Assembly: GCA_965198115.1 (NCBI GenBank)
Contig: OZ240241.1
Coordinates: forward strand, 4,768,001-4,832,000
Source of the DNA: Candidatus Latescibacterota bacterium
GTDB taxonomy: Bacteria > Latescibacterota > UBA2968
Length of the DNA stretch: 64,000 nucleotides
Reading direction: 5' to 3'
Position numbers and translations under genes: made by a program. The notes under the pieces were generated by a model that saw nothing but the letters and a program-made list of their open reading frames with translations, made no database searches and was not told the DNA's origin. Of this stretch, positions 20,958-33,539 are shown piece by piece; position 1 is the stretch's first letter, and every line of letters begins with the position of its first letter.

Positions 20958-22157
20958 TTGGACATCCCACGCATGAAAAGCTACATGGAAGAACACGAAT
21001 TGGACGCGGTGCTGGCCTTCGATCAATTCACCACCGCCTATCTTCGCGGCTTCTGGCAGGGCGGGCACATTCGAACCCTGCGGTTCGACGACCATCCGTG
21101 CTTTCCGGTGTTCCCGCGTAAAGGGGATGCGTTCGTCATCGACTTCATGAGCTGGGTCCCGCCGGAAGAGGTTCGGCCAGACTGGTTCAAGGAGTATTAC
21201 AAAGGCCGAGGATCTGGCATGGACGGGGAACACATCAACCTCGAGGTGCTGGCGAAGGCGCTTCGCGAACGTGGGCTCGACCGCAGCCGAATCGGCCTCG
21301 ATCTCGACGAAGCCCCCTACTCTGCGGTCACATACCTGCAGGAATTACTGCCGCACGCAGAGTTGGTGAATGCCCAGGTGCTGTTCTGCGCGCTTCGGGC
21401 AGTCAAGGAACCGTGGCAAATCGATCTGATCCGCGATGCCGTCGCGATTCTCGAAGCTGCCTATCTCGATACGCTGAAGCAGGTAGAGGAAGGGATCACT
21501 GCACGTGATCTGGCCCGCCATCAGATGGCGGAGTGCGTCAAGGGCGGTATGATCATGTCCTGGTGTTCGCCGCTGGACATCGCCTCGAAGTGGTTTCCGG
21601 AGCAACCCAAGGAATTGCATCTGTATATGTCGGATGAAGACTGGCCGGTAAAGCGGAATGACGAGATCGAAATCTTCTGGGACATGGGTGGCGAGTACCA
21701 GGGCTACAACGCTGACATGAGCCGCGCCTTTTACCTCGGCACGCCCCCGGCCGACATGGTCGAGAAATACGAACAGCTTGCCCAATGGCACGTTGTCGCT
21801 CGAGACACCATCAAACTCGGTATGCCGGTCGCCGAGGCCTACGAAGCCATGCGTGCCGCGTTGAAGAAGGAGTTCGGATTCGTGTGGGGCTTTTTCCACG
21901 GCATCGGCATCTTCGCGCACGAAAATCCCTATCTGGATCTCGGTCTACCTCTCGAGCGGCTGACCACGGCACGAAACGATCTGTGCTTCGAAGCCGGCAT
22001 GGTCATGGCATTCGAGCCGTTCAGAAAGATCGACCCGGACGATCCTGACGGGATCAAGGGAGAAGAGGGCGGCTGTATCGAAGACGACTGGCTGTTGACC
22101 GAAGACGGCTGGCAGAGGCTCGGGTCCCTCCCGCAGAAGCTCTTCGTGATCGACTGA
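20958..22157 (+). CDS. M24 Xaa-Pro peptidase family protein
   Basis: LRAVK, YNADMSR, HGIGIFAHENP, MAFEP, IEDD. Confidence 0.85.
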   Translation: MDIPRMKSYMEEHELDAVLAFDQFTTAYLRGFWQGGHIRTLRFDDHPCFPVFPRKGDAFVIDFMSWVPPEEVRPDWFKEYYKGRGSGMDGEHINLEVLAKALRERGLDRSRIGLDLDEAPYSAVTYLQELLPHAELVNAQVLFCALRAVKEPWQIDLIRDAVAILEAAYLDTLKQVEEGITARDLARHQMAECVKGGMIMSWCSPLDIASKWFPEQPKELHLYMSDEDWPVKRNDEIEIFWDMGGEYQGYNADMSRAFYLGTPPADMVEKYEQLAQWHVVARDTIKLGMPVAEAYEAMRAALKKEFGFVWGFFHGIGIFAHENPYLDLGLPLERLTTARNDLCFEAGMVMAFEPFRKIDPDDPDGIKGEEGGCIEDDWLLTEDGWQRLGSLPQKLFVID

Positions 22158-22228
22158 ACCCGGCACCAGAGGTCGATCGTAGGGCACGGCATCGCGCATT
22201 CTGACAGCTAAACCCAAAGCGAGATCGC

Positions 22229-23600
22229 ATGACTCAGGCATCAGCGGACAAGATCGTGCAGGCTGGCGTGATTGGCACCGGACAGTACACCACCGCCATC
22301 GTCACGCAGGCTCAGAGCATTCCCAACCTGAACGTCCCGATCGTGGCCGACACGAACCTCGATGCCGCTCGCAATGCTTATGAATTGGCCGGCGCCGACG
22401 ATATCATCGTCGGCGAGAGCCGGGCGGATGCGCTGGCTGGAATCGAGGGCGGCAAAAAGGTTGTCGTGCAGGATAGTGCTCTGCTGATGGATCTTCCGCT
22501 CGACGTCATCGCGGAGGGGACGGGCAATCCGTCGGCCGGCGCCGTTCACGCGGCCGAAGCGCTCCGAAGCGGCAAGCACGTCGTCATGATCACGAAGGAA
22601 ACAGAGGTCGCCGTCGGTACTGGTCTGCGACGGATTGCAAAGAGCGAAGGCCGGGTCTACACCGCTGCAGACGGAGATCAGCCCAGCCACCTCATCAGCC
22701 TTTTCGAGTGGTGTCGAGAAATCGGGTTGGAAGTCTTGTGTGGCGGCAAGTTCGGAGAGAAAAGGCTATGGATCGACGTCCCGAACCAACAGATACGCTT
22801 TCGTAAGGGCACAACGCAGGACCTGAGCCCCGAGGAGGCTGAACTATTCCGGCCACTGCTTGAGAAGGAAGATCAACCCCACTTCGAGGAGATCATCGCC
22901 AAGAAAAGAGCTTCTGGGCGACTCGATCGACGTCCGGACCGATGACCTGACGGAACTGGCCATCGTCGCCAACGCCACGGGCCTCACCATCGAGCGCGAT
23001 CGGTTCCATCACCCCGTGGTCTGGCCGAACGAGATGCCTGGCGTGCTGGCGCCGAAATCCTACGGCGGCATTCTCGAAGGCCGGGGCATCATCGAGCAGT
23101 CGACGTATCTGAGAGCGTACAACGACACCAGCATGGGAGGGGGCGTCTACGTCACCGTGCACGCCGACAACGAATATTCGCGCAGTATCGTATCAGGGAA
23201 GGGGCACATCTGCAACGCCGACGGCACGTCGAGCATGTTCTTCCGGCCCTACCACCTCTGCGGCGTCGAAACGCCCTACTCGATCCTGTCTGCCGCGCTC
23301 AGAGACACCCCGACCTCGGGTTGGGAGATGGCACAGCACTACGACTCCTTCGGCCGAGCGAAGCAGAACCTGCCCTCAGGGACCGAACTCCACGGTGCAC
23401 ACGATTCCAACTGGGAGACGTTTTTAGCGCCGGCCGTCCAGCTCAGCGATGATGCATCGGCCGATCCCATTCCTTACCACATCGCAACCGATCACAGGCT
23501 GACGGAGAATGTATCCGCTGGAACAGTTCTAACACAAAACCTAGTCGCGCGCGTCCACCGAGTCTCCGCTATGGCAACTGCGGGCGGAGCAGGACCGTAG
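22229..23600 (+). pseudogene. homoserine-dehydrogenase-like NAD(P) oxidoreductase with SAF domain, frameshifted near 22905 and near the 3' end
   Basis: GVIGTGQY, EGTGNP, ADGDQP, ANATGL, RPYHLCGVET distributed over two frames. Confidence 0.75.
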
Positions 23601-23607
23601 CGACTAA

Positions 23608-24901
23608 GGGTTTGCCACGAAATAAGTGCTGCACTTTTCAAGGTAATGATCTTACGCTCGGAGTGTGGACGTCGAAACTCTCCGAACGAAGTATGAAGCC
23701 TTGGCTCCGGTGCTGACGGAACGCACGCGTCGTCTGTGGGCCGCCACGGAAGCCGAAGCGTTGGGTCACGGTGGGATCGCGATTGTGGCTCTGGCGACAG
23801 GAATGTCCAGAGAGCGGATCTTTCGTGGCATTCAGGAGTTGAGGTCGGACGAACCTTTGGACCCGGCTCGCATCCGGCGTCCAGGCGGCGGTCGTAAGCG
23901 GAAGGCCGACACGGACCCGACGCTGTGGCAGGACCTGAATGATCTGGTCGAGCCAACGACTGCGGGGTCGCCTGACGACAATCCTCTGAGATGGACATCG
24001 AAGAGCACTCGCAAACTGGCCGCCGAGTTGCAAGCGATGGGGCATTCGGTGAGCCCCAGGATCGTTGCCAATCTCCTGCACGAACACGATTACACGCTGC
24101 AGGCGAATCGGAAGACAAGGGAGGGATCTGCACACCCGGATCGGGACGCTCAGTTCGTTTACCTCGATGATCGGATTAGCCAGCAGCAGCAGCAGGGCCT
24201 TCCCGTTATCTCGGTGGACACCAAGAAGAAAGAGTTGATCGGCGACTTCAAGAATCCTGGCCGAGAATGGCGACCCAAGGGAGACCCGGAGCGTGTGAAG
24301 GTACACGATTTCATAGTGCCTGCTCAGGGCAAGGCGATCCCTTATGGAGTGTATGATCTGAGCCGTGATGAAGGCTGGGTAAGTGTCGGTATCGATCACG
24401 ACACGGCCAGCTTCGCCGTGAATGCGATCCGAAGTTGGTGGAAGAACATGGGACGGCCCGCCTACGGCACTTCGACGCATCTGCTAATCACGGCGGACGC
24501 AGGCGGCAGCAACGGCGCCAAGACGCGGCTGTGGAAGTGGGAGCTGCAGCGCTTTGCGAATCGCACTGGCCTGACGATCACCGTATGCCACTACCCTCCT
24601 GGCACTAGTAAGTGGAACAAGATCGAACATCGCCTGTTCTCCTTCATCGCTATGAACTGGCGAGGCAAGCCCCTGGTCAGCCTGGCTGCAACCGTGAATC
24701 TCATTGCCGGAACGACCACTCAAGCCGGTCTCCGAGTACGCTCCGAGATCGACAAGCGACCCTACCCTAACGGGGTCAAGGTGACCGATGAACAGATGAC
24801 CCAAATCGATCTCACTCCGCACGATTTCCACGGCGACTGGAACTACACGATCCGGCCAATGGCTCAACATTGAGATCGACCGTTTATTTATTCGCGAACC
24901 C
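23608..24901 (+). mobile_element. ISAzo13 family element, transposase 23665-24873
   Basis: ISVDTKKKELIG, ADAGGSNG, TSKWNKIEHRLF; GGGTT ends; TAA on both flanks. Confidence 0.92.
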
Positions 24902-24904
24902 TAA

Positions 24905-27900
24905 GCACCGGCCGAGCTTCCACGGACCTCTTCGTCATCGACAACCACGTGTGGTTGGGCGGAGCAGCCGGTGCCATCCGATACAACGGGAGGGTCTGGA
25001 CCCGGTATACCACATCAGATGGGCTGATTGACGGTTCGGTCTCGGCGGTTCTGAGGGGAAGGACGGCAGTCTCTGGGTCGCCGGGCAGCACCTCGGCAGG
25101 AGCGGGGCGGTTCGGTTCGACGGGCAGAAATGGCAGGTGTTTTCTTCGGAAGACGGCCTGGTCGGAGAGAACATCTACACGGGGTATGTCGCCAGCAACG
25201 GTGATGTCTGGTTCGGAACAAAATGGCCAGGAGCCGCAGGCCAAGCAACGGGCCTGATCCGGTATGATGGGCAGGGATGGGTTAACTACACAACGGATGA
25301 CGGCCTTATTCACAATACCGTCTACACCATCACCGAAACCGCTGACGGCGCAATGTGGTTCGGCACACTCGGGGGACTCAGCCGATTCGATGGCGTGGCC
25401 TGGACTAACTACACACCCAACGATGGCGGCGGCAATCAGGCCCAGAAGATACGCACGATTCTGCCCGTCCGAGATGGCAGTCTCTGGGTTGGCCAGGCCA
25501 GGCCCTATTGGAGGGCTTCATCACTTCGATGGGTCGGACTGGACCCAATACGGGGAGGGAGAAGGGCTTGGCGGGAACCAGGTTGATAGGATTATTCAGG
25601 CGAAGGACGGCACACTCTGGTTTGGAAAGAGTCAAGGTCTCGTGCGTTTTGACTGGACGAATTGGGCACTTTACCCCAAGACCCAGATTCCCATCTCGCT
25701 GGGTGTGGGCATGGAGGACATCGTGGGAACCCCTGATGGGGCACTGTGGCTGAGGAGCCCACACACTGGCGATGTTGCTCGCTTTCTTCCCGATCCGAAT
25801 CCACCCGAAACGTCACTGGAACCAACCCCTGATCGAGTGACCTCGTGGGATGACACGCCAGCAGAGCTTGTCCGCTATCAGTGGCGGATTGATGACGAGG
25901 CGTGGTCGTCCGCATCACGGCGGAGCGCGGTGGCGTTTACCTCGTTGTCCACTGGTGACCACCGGTTTGAGGTCCGCACAATTGGCCGCGATGGCAACGT
26001 AGACCCGACGCCCGCCATCCACGCGTTTATCGTCGAGGCCCCCTGGTGGCGCAACCCAGTCGTGGCAGGTCCCGGCGTTCTGCTCATCCTCGGCATCCTG
26101 TTCCAGTCCGCCCGTGTCGTGCAGGCCAAACGGAAGCTACAGGATTCGGTGAATGCGCTCTCATCGGCCAACAACGAACTGTTTCAGGTCAACGTAGACC
26201 TCCAGCGCGAGCAGGTGCTGGAGTGGCTGCGGGGTCAGGCGCAGGGGATGCAGTCGAGTGAGGATATCGGACCGGTTGTAGAGGCCGTGCATCGAGAGCT
26301 GACCGGGCTTGGGCTACCGCTGATTAATTCGGGATTTTCAATTACCATTTCGGAAACGAAGGCCGAGAGGTGGACCACGGACGTAGACGGTCGTGCTCTG
26401 GAGCCGTTTGTCGTAGACCTTGAAGGTGTAGTTGCCCGCCCAGTCCTTGAAGCTCGCCGCCGCGGCGACGACTATTACCACTATCACGTGGAGGGTGAGG
26501 AAGCCGAAGAGGCGATCCGCCAGCAGATCGAGCGCGGTAATCCTCACTGGAAGGGCGTTCCAGAAAAGCAATGGCCCCCAAAGTATGATGCTTACATCGT
26601 CTTCTTTGTGGGAGGCAGTGTCGTAGTCATGTCGGAAGAACCCGTTGCCGAAGAATATCTGATGCTCATCAAGCGGTTTGGCGAGGTCTTCGGCTACGCC
26701 CACTCACGTTGGGAGGAGCTGAAGCAGAAGGAAGCGCAAAACCGCCGGCTTGCGGTAGAGGCATCAGTCCAGCGGCTCCGTGCCGAAGTGCAGTCGATGG
26801 ACGCAGCGGGCGATTTTGAGGAGATTCTCGGCCTGTTGACAGAAGACCTGAAGTCCATCGGACTCGAATTCGAATCTTGCGACATCGACGTACTCGACGA
26901 GCCCGTCGAGTCACCGACGATGACGTTGTTCGAATCAAACGGCTTTCGATACACGACCTTTACCCTCGATCCGAACGGACACGTTACCTCCGAATCCTTT
27001 GCGGTTGCGGCCCCCTTCCCCGCCGTCAACCGTCAGACGATCGAGCGGTTCATCGCTGGCGAGCCGTGGCAGGCGGTGATCGAGGAGGAGACGACCATCC
27101 TAGAAGTGCCCGCAGGCAGCTATGGACGTCTCAGACTGACAGCGTCGGGTCGTGAACGCTATACCGACGACGAAATAGCTACCCTCCGCGAGTTCGCCGA
27201 CGCTGTCGCCCTTGGCTACGCCCGCTATCTCGACATCCGCGAAATTCAAGAGCAGACCGAACGCAAGTCCGCTTTCCTCGCCTCGATGTCCCACGAGCTG
27301 CGTACACCGATGAACGCCATCAAGGGGTTCACGAATCTGGTGCTTAACCGCGAAGGTGATAAACTGTCCGAGCGAGGCCAGGGGAACCTGCAGAAGGCGA
27401 CCCAAGCATCCGACCATCTGTTAGCGATGATTGATGACCTGCTGGACCTGTCGAAGTGAAGCGGGAAGTATGGACGTGAACCCCGAGCGGTTCAATGTGA
27501 AGGAACTGGTCACGTTGGCGTGCGACACCGTCAGTCCGCTGATCCAGGATGGTGTGGAGCTACGCCAGGACGTGACCGACCCTTCGGCAAGCTCAGGGCA
27601 GGCTCAGCTAATGGCGAACACCGACAAGGCGCGGTTGCAGCAGATGGTCATCAACCTGTTGTCCAACGCCATCAAGTTCACCGACAGCGGCAGTGTGACC
27701 GTGAGCGCGAGCCAGGCGGACGGTGAGCTGGTCATCGCTGTCAGCGACACCGGCAAGGGCATCCCCGTCGACGAGCTGCCGTCCATCTTCGATGAATACC
27801 GTCAGGCCGAAGGGTCGGAGAGCAGCGTGCAGAAGGGCACGGGCCTGGGGCTGTCCATCACGAAGAAGTTTGCGGAGCTGCTGGGTGGGACCATCGGTGT

Positions 27901-27973
27901 GGAGAGCGAAGTGGGGAAGGGCAGCACGTTTACGGTGAGGGTGCCGATGAGCTATCAACAGCCTGAAGCCTGA
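24905..27973 (+). pseudogene. beta-propeller/YYY/GAF sensor histidine kinase, 5'-truncated and multiply frameshifted
   Basis: WFGT/YTTxDGL propeller repeats, YYY domain, TM helix, MSHELRTP, NLLSNAIKFT, GTGLGL. Confidence 0.85.
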
Positions 27974-28293
27974 AATCCAGAATCACTATCGAGAAGGCCG
28001 AGCCCCAGCGATGGACTGAGGCGCCCTGGCTGATCGCCGACCTACCGGGCACGCGCTAGCCATATAGACTTGCCACTGACCTGACTCGAACAACCCTGAC
28101 ACCAGGAACCCGGTATATTCAACCCGTCGAACCGGCATGGTGTGTAGGACGGGCCCGTAAGCACATCCTACAGCACCCACCTACCTCAAAGCAAGTCCGA
28201 AAACCCTTTGTTCAGACCAACGATAATACCCTACATATGCACTATGCGTAATCCATAATTGCTCTCGCCCAAAAGCTGGAGGCTTACAATAGT

Positions 28294-28345
28294 ATGTCAA
28301 AAAACATCACATTTGTAGTAGTCGCAGGCGCACTCATTTTAGTTG
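28294..28345 (+). pseudogene. N-terminal stub of a secreted protein truncated by IS256
   Basis: GGAGG upstream; MSKNITFVVVAGALILV ends at the IS boundary. Confidence 0.4.
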
Positions 28346-29719
28346 GAGCTCAGGTCAATAGGTGTGTAAAAGAAATCAGGCGGCCATCTTCCCGGCTTCG
28401 ACCTGCGGTCCGGTTGAGTGTTTCTGATCGTAGACTTGTTGTAGCAAGTGTGGCGCGGTGAGTTTCCTGAATCGGCTCTCTGCGACCTTGAGCGTACGCC
28501 AGATGAGAGCCGTGGCGTTCCTGACTTTCTTGAATCGCCTGGCGGCGTTTGTGCGAAGCCGAACGGAAGCAAAGGGGCTCTCGACGACGTTCGTGGTTCT
28601 CAGGTGTTTCCAGTGTTCCTTCGGGAAGTCGTAGAACGTGACCATCCGATCCCAGTCTCTTTCGAGCGTCTCCACGGCGGCAGGGAACTGTGAGCGATAC
28701 CGTGCGGCAAAGCGTTTCCGGAGCTTCTCGGCCTCCTTTTTCGTGCCGGCATAGGGGATCTGGACGAGCAGTGCGCGGGCTTCAGCCTGTGCACGCTTGG
28801 CGACCTTGTCGAGCACGTTGAGGATCTTGTGGTTCCAGCACCGTTGTTGCCGGCTCTCTGGCCAGACCTGATCAACGGCCGCCCAGATGCCCATATTCCC
28901 GTCCGCGGCGATCAGGACAGGATGTTCGAGCCCGCGATCCCGGAGATCCCGGAGCACCGTGAGCCAGGATTCTGTAGACTCTCGATAACCGGGTTCTATC
29001 GCCAGGATCTCCTTGCTGCCGTCGCTCATCGCGCCGATCACGACCAGCAGACACGCCTTCTCGCGCTCGAGCCCGGCTTTGACGTAGATGCCATCAGCCC
29101 AGGCGTAGACCAGTTCGCGATTATCCAGACGCCTTTCTTTCCAGTCCTGGAAGTCGACCTCCCACTTCCCTCGAAGACGAGCGATCGAGGTCGGCGAAAG
29201 CGGCGCGCCATCACCGAGCAGCGCACGCAAAGACAACTCGAAGTCGCCCTGGGAGAGACCGTGGAGATAAAGGTCGGGAAGCAGATCTCCAATGGCCCTG
29301 GTTCTCCGGGCGAACAGGGGGAGGATGCGGCTTTCAAACCGCTCTTCCAGACCACGAACCCGGGGACGCCGGACCTTGATCGTTCCGCAGCTCGTCGAGA
29401 GACGCCGGGGCTTGCCGTAGCCGTTCCTGTAGCCCGTGGAGCTATCGACCTCGGCTCGGCGCTCATACCACGACCGGCCCAAGAACGCGGTCGCCTCCTC
29501 CTCCAGAATGGACTGGAACCGGCCCTGGATCTCTTCACGGATCCAATCGTCAACCGTCTCCCACGTCGGCATGGACTTCAATGGGGCTCTATGCGTATGT
29601 TCCTTCACGGCGATCCTCCTTCCCAACCGGGCCTCTCACCCGGTTTTGTGTGAATCAACTATCTCACGGGAAGGGTAGGGTCGCCCTTTCTCTTTTTCCA
29701 CACCTTTTGATTATAGCTC
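28346..29719 (-). mobile_element. IS256 family element, copy 1 (transposase 28376-29626)
   Basis: YRNGYG, WADGIY, QQRCWNHK, RTTNVVES; TIRs GAGCTATAATCAAAAGGTGTG and GAGCTCAGGTCAATAGGTGTG. Confidence 0.95.
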
Positions 29720-29722
29720 TTA

Positions 29723-32181
29723 GTGTATCGTCTCAGGAATAACTATAAAAATTCGTGATACAGTCGTAAGGTTCCTCAGGCACTCATTGTGAGGAGGAAC
29801 CGATGGCAAGAGGTCGTCCGTTACAACCACTGAACATCAGTGATGAAGTCCGCGATCAACTCCAGTCGTTGTCCGGTTCGCGCAGCATGCCTCACGCTCT
29901 GGTGCGTCGGGCGAAGATCGTCCTGCTGAGCGATGGTGGTCTGACCAATCAGGAGATCGCCGAACGAGTCGGGTTGTCCAGAGCGTCTGTCGGCAAATGG
30001 CGCCGTCGCTTCTGCGAGCAAGGCTTGATGGGACTGTATGACGAGTTACGTCCTGGTGGTCCGCGGTCCGTTAGCGACGAAGAGATCTCCTCACTCATCT
30101 ACAAGACGCTCAAGAAGAAGCCGAAGAGTGCCACCCACTGGACCTGTCGAGCGATGGCCGATGAGACGGGCCTCTCAAAGTCCACAGTGCAACGTGTATG
30201 GAGAGCCTTTGGACTGCAGCCGCATCGTCAGAAGCACTTCAAGCTGTCGAACGATCCCTTCTTCGTCGAGACAGTCAGGGATATCGTCGGTTTATACCTG
30301 AACCCGCCGGACAACGCAATGGTGCTCTGCATAGACGAGAAGAGCCAGATTCAAGCACTCGAACGGACGCAACCGATTCTCCCTTTGGGCCTCGGGTATG
30401 TCGAGGGCGTCACTCACAGCTATACACGGCACGACTACCCTCTTTGCGGCGCTCAACATCGCATCAGGAAAAGTCCTGACTCAGTGCAAGCCCAGACATC
30501 GCAACAGAGAGTTCCTTCAGTTCCTCAAGCACATTGACAAAAACGTCCCGAAGGATCTCGACATCCATCTGGTCGTCGATAACTACGGCACTCACAAGCA
30601 CCAGAACGTCAAAGAGCTATAATCAAAAGGTGTGGAAAAAGAGAAAGGGCGACCCTACCCTTCCCGTGAGATAGTTGATTCACACAAAACCGGGTGAGAG
30701 GCCCGGTTGGGAAGGAGGATCGCCGTGAAGGAACATACGCATAGAGCCCCATTGAAGTCCATGCCGACGTGGGAGACGGTTGACGATTGGATCCGTGAAG
30801 AGATCCAGGGCCGGTTCCAGTCCATTCTGGAGGAGGAGGCGACCGCGTTCTTGGGCCGGTCGTGGTATGAGCGCCGAGCCGAGGTCGATAGCTCCAGGGG
30901 CTACAGGAACGGCTACGGCAAGCCCCGGCGTCTCTCGACGAGCTGCGGAACGATCAAGGTCCGGCGTCCCCGGGTTCGTGGTCTGGAAGAGCGGTTTGAA
31001 AGCCGCATCCTCCCCCTGTTCGCCCGGAGAACCAGGGCCATTGGAGATCTGCTTCCCGACCTTTATCTCCACGGTCTCTCCCAGGGCGACTTCGAGTTGT
31101 CTTTGCGTGCGCTGCTCGGTGATGGCGCGCCGCTTTCGCCGACCTCGATCGCTCGTCTTCGAGGGAAGTGGGAGGTCGACTTCCAGGACTGGAAAGAAAG
31201 GCGTCTGGATAATCGCGAACTGGTCTACGCCTGGGCTGATGGCATCTACGTCAAAGCCGGGCTCGAGCGCGAGAAGGCGTGTCTGCTGGTCGTGATCGGC
31301 GCGATGAGCGACGGCAGCAAGGAGATCCTGGCGATAGAACCCGGTTATCGAGAGTCTACAGAATCCTGGCTCACGGTGCTCCGGGATCTCCGGGATCGCG
31401 GGCTCGAACATCCTGTCCTGATCGCCGCGGACGGGAATATGGGCATCTGGGCGGCCGTTGATCAGGTCTGGCCAGAGAGCCGGCAACAACGGTGCTGGAA
31501 CCACAAGATCCTCAACGTGCTCGACAAGGTCGCCAAGCGTGCACAGGCTGAAGCCCGCGCACTGCTCGTCCAGATCCCCTATGCCGGCACGAAAAAGGAG
31601 GCCGAGAAGCTCCGGAAACGCTTTGCCGCACGGTATCGCTCACAGTTCCCTGCCGCCGTGGAGACGCTCGAAAGAGACTGGGATCGGATGGTCACGTTCT
31701 ACGACTTCCGAAGGAACACTGGAAACACCTGAGAACCACGAACGTCGTCGAGAGCCCCTTTGCTTCCGTTCGGCTTCGCACAAACGCCGCCAGGCGATTC
31801 AAGAAAGTCAGGAACGCCACGACTCTCATCTGGCGTACGCTCAAGGTCGCAGAGAGCCGATTCAGGAAACTCACCGCGCCACACTTGCTACAACAAGTCT
31901 ACGATCAGAAACACTCAACCGAACCGCAGGTCGAAGCCGGGAAGATGGCCGCCTGATTTCTTTTACACACCTATTGACCTGAACTCATCTGGTTCGGCAT
32001 CATCACACAAAGAGCAATCCGACGAGGAACCTTTCGGAACGTCAAGGATCTGATCACCTGCATCCAGAAGTTCACAGACCAATACAATCAGAACTCAAAG
32101 CCTTTCGTGTGGACGGCAACCGCTGACTCGATCCTCGACAAACTCAACAGACTTCTAAAACTTATTCGCGGGACACGACAC
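29723..32181 (+). mobile_element. IS630 element A, copy 2, interrupted by IS256
   Basis: Near-identical to 18485-19645; TA at both ends. Confidence 0.92.
30614..31986 (+). mobile_element. IS256 copy 2 (1-bp deletion near 31707 truncates the transposase)
   Basis: Near-identical to the other copies, same TIRs. Confidence 0.95.
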
Positions 32182-32183
32182 TA

Positions 32184-33120
32184 GTGGTTGGTTTCATAAA
32201 TATTATTACGTATGTTCTGAACATTATTTGTAGCTTATGTTCTCCTTCAAAAGGAGGAGAACAATGCCAAGACGTTCGCCTTATGTGGTGCTACTGTCTG
32301 AGAAGGAACGGGTCGACCTCGAGCGAATGGCTGGACAATATACGTTACCGTATTATCAAGTGATCCGATCGAAAATCGTGCTTCTCGCCGCCGAGGGATT
32401 ATCCAACAAGATTATCGCCCAACGGTTGGATGTCCCGCGTCCGATCGTAAGCAAATGGCGTAAGCGCTTTTTCGAAGAGCGTCTTTCGGGACTCGAAGAT
32501 AGATCTCGTCCCGGGCGCCCGCCCGGTTTTCCCCCCTCAGGTGGTCGTTCAGATCAAGGCGCTGGCGTGTGAACTACCGAGCGAGAGCGGGATACCGCTC
32601 TCGCGGTTCAGCTGTTCCGAGATTGCCGCCGAGGCAGTGCAAAGGGGCTTCGTTGCCAAGATCAGCGGCGCCACTGTCTGGCGCTGGTTGAACGAGGACG
32701 CGATTCGTCCTTGGTATCATCGCTCCTGGATTTTCCCACGGGACCCGGACTTCCAAACCAAAGCAGGTAGAGTCCTTGATCTGTATCACCGCCAATGGCA
32801 AGGAAAGCCTTTAGGGCCGAGGGAATATGTACTTTCTGCCGACGAAAAGACCAGTATTCAAGCACGAGCTCGCAAGCACGTTACCCTACCGCCAGCCTCG
32901 AACAGAGCGGCACGCGTTGAAACACGAATACGAGCGGAAAGGAGCCCTGGCCTATCTGGCTGCTCTCGACGTGCACAATGGTCGAATCTTCGGTCTCTGT
33001 GAGTCTTCTTCGGGTATCGAGCCCTTCAACCGGCTCCTGAGCCTGATCATGAGCAGGAAACCCTATTGCTCGGCAAAGAAAGTCTACCTCATCGTGGATA
33101 ATGGCTCCTCGCACCGAGGG
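32184..33120 (+). mobile_element. IS630 family element B, 3'-truncated; likely programmed frameshift at TTTTCCCCCC
   Basis: Winged-helix orfA followed by SADEKTSIQAR, HEYERKGALAY, IVDNGSSHRG; begins at the TA shared with element A. Confidence 0.85.
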
Positions 33121-33210
33121 CAGGTGGGCTGGAACCTCTTCCGAGTTGTGGCCTCGACGGTCGCGTTCGGTTGCCTCGCATGGGCCCTGGTGTTGCACGG
33201 GCGCTCATAG
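33121..33210 (+). pseudogene. C-terminal remnant resembling a DUF1772/anthrone oxygenase-type membrane protein
   Basis: GWNLFRVVASTVAFGCLAWAL* fused to the truncated IS630. Confidence 0.4.
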
Positions 33211-33369
33211 CCCGGAGGATGCGGTAGCTAAGGTGTTAGTCAGGCAACTCTCAGGGGCCGGAGCCCGTCTTTTCTGGCCCTTTTCGTCACCTGTCGGGGA
33301 CTCTTCGGTCTCGCTTCGTTTCTCATCAAGCAACGCACCCGAGAAATCAGCTGGGGCGGGTCCGTTGAC

Positions 33370-33441
33370 GTGAAGAGCGAGGCAGGCAAGGGCAGCACGT
33401 TTACGGTGCGGGTGCCGGTAGAATATCAAGAGTCTATCTGA
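33370..33441 (+). pseudogene. histidine kinase C-terminal remnant
   Basis: VKSEAGKGSTFTVRVPVEYQESI*, paralogous to 27900-27973. Confidence 0.65.
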
Positions 33442-33539
33442 GCCACTCCCTGCGATGCAACGGGGATCGAGCGGGTAGATAGAAGAAACGGGTCCCTCAT
33501 TTCGTTTTGGAACCCGGTCTCCAGTTCGGTGAGGTCAGA

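Noticed and set aside
27457-27459. TGA in the histidine kinase as a second Sec codon
   Set aside because: The downstream kinase sequence continues in a different frame (LSK-x-EAG motif), so this is a frameshift; no redox motif
27980-28290. Possible ncRNA or intron fragment after the kinase
   Set aside because: No recognisable structure, repeat or motif that I can support
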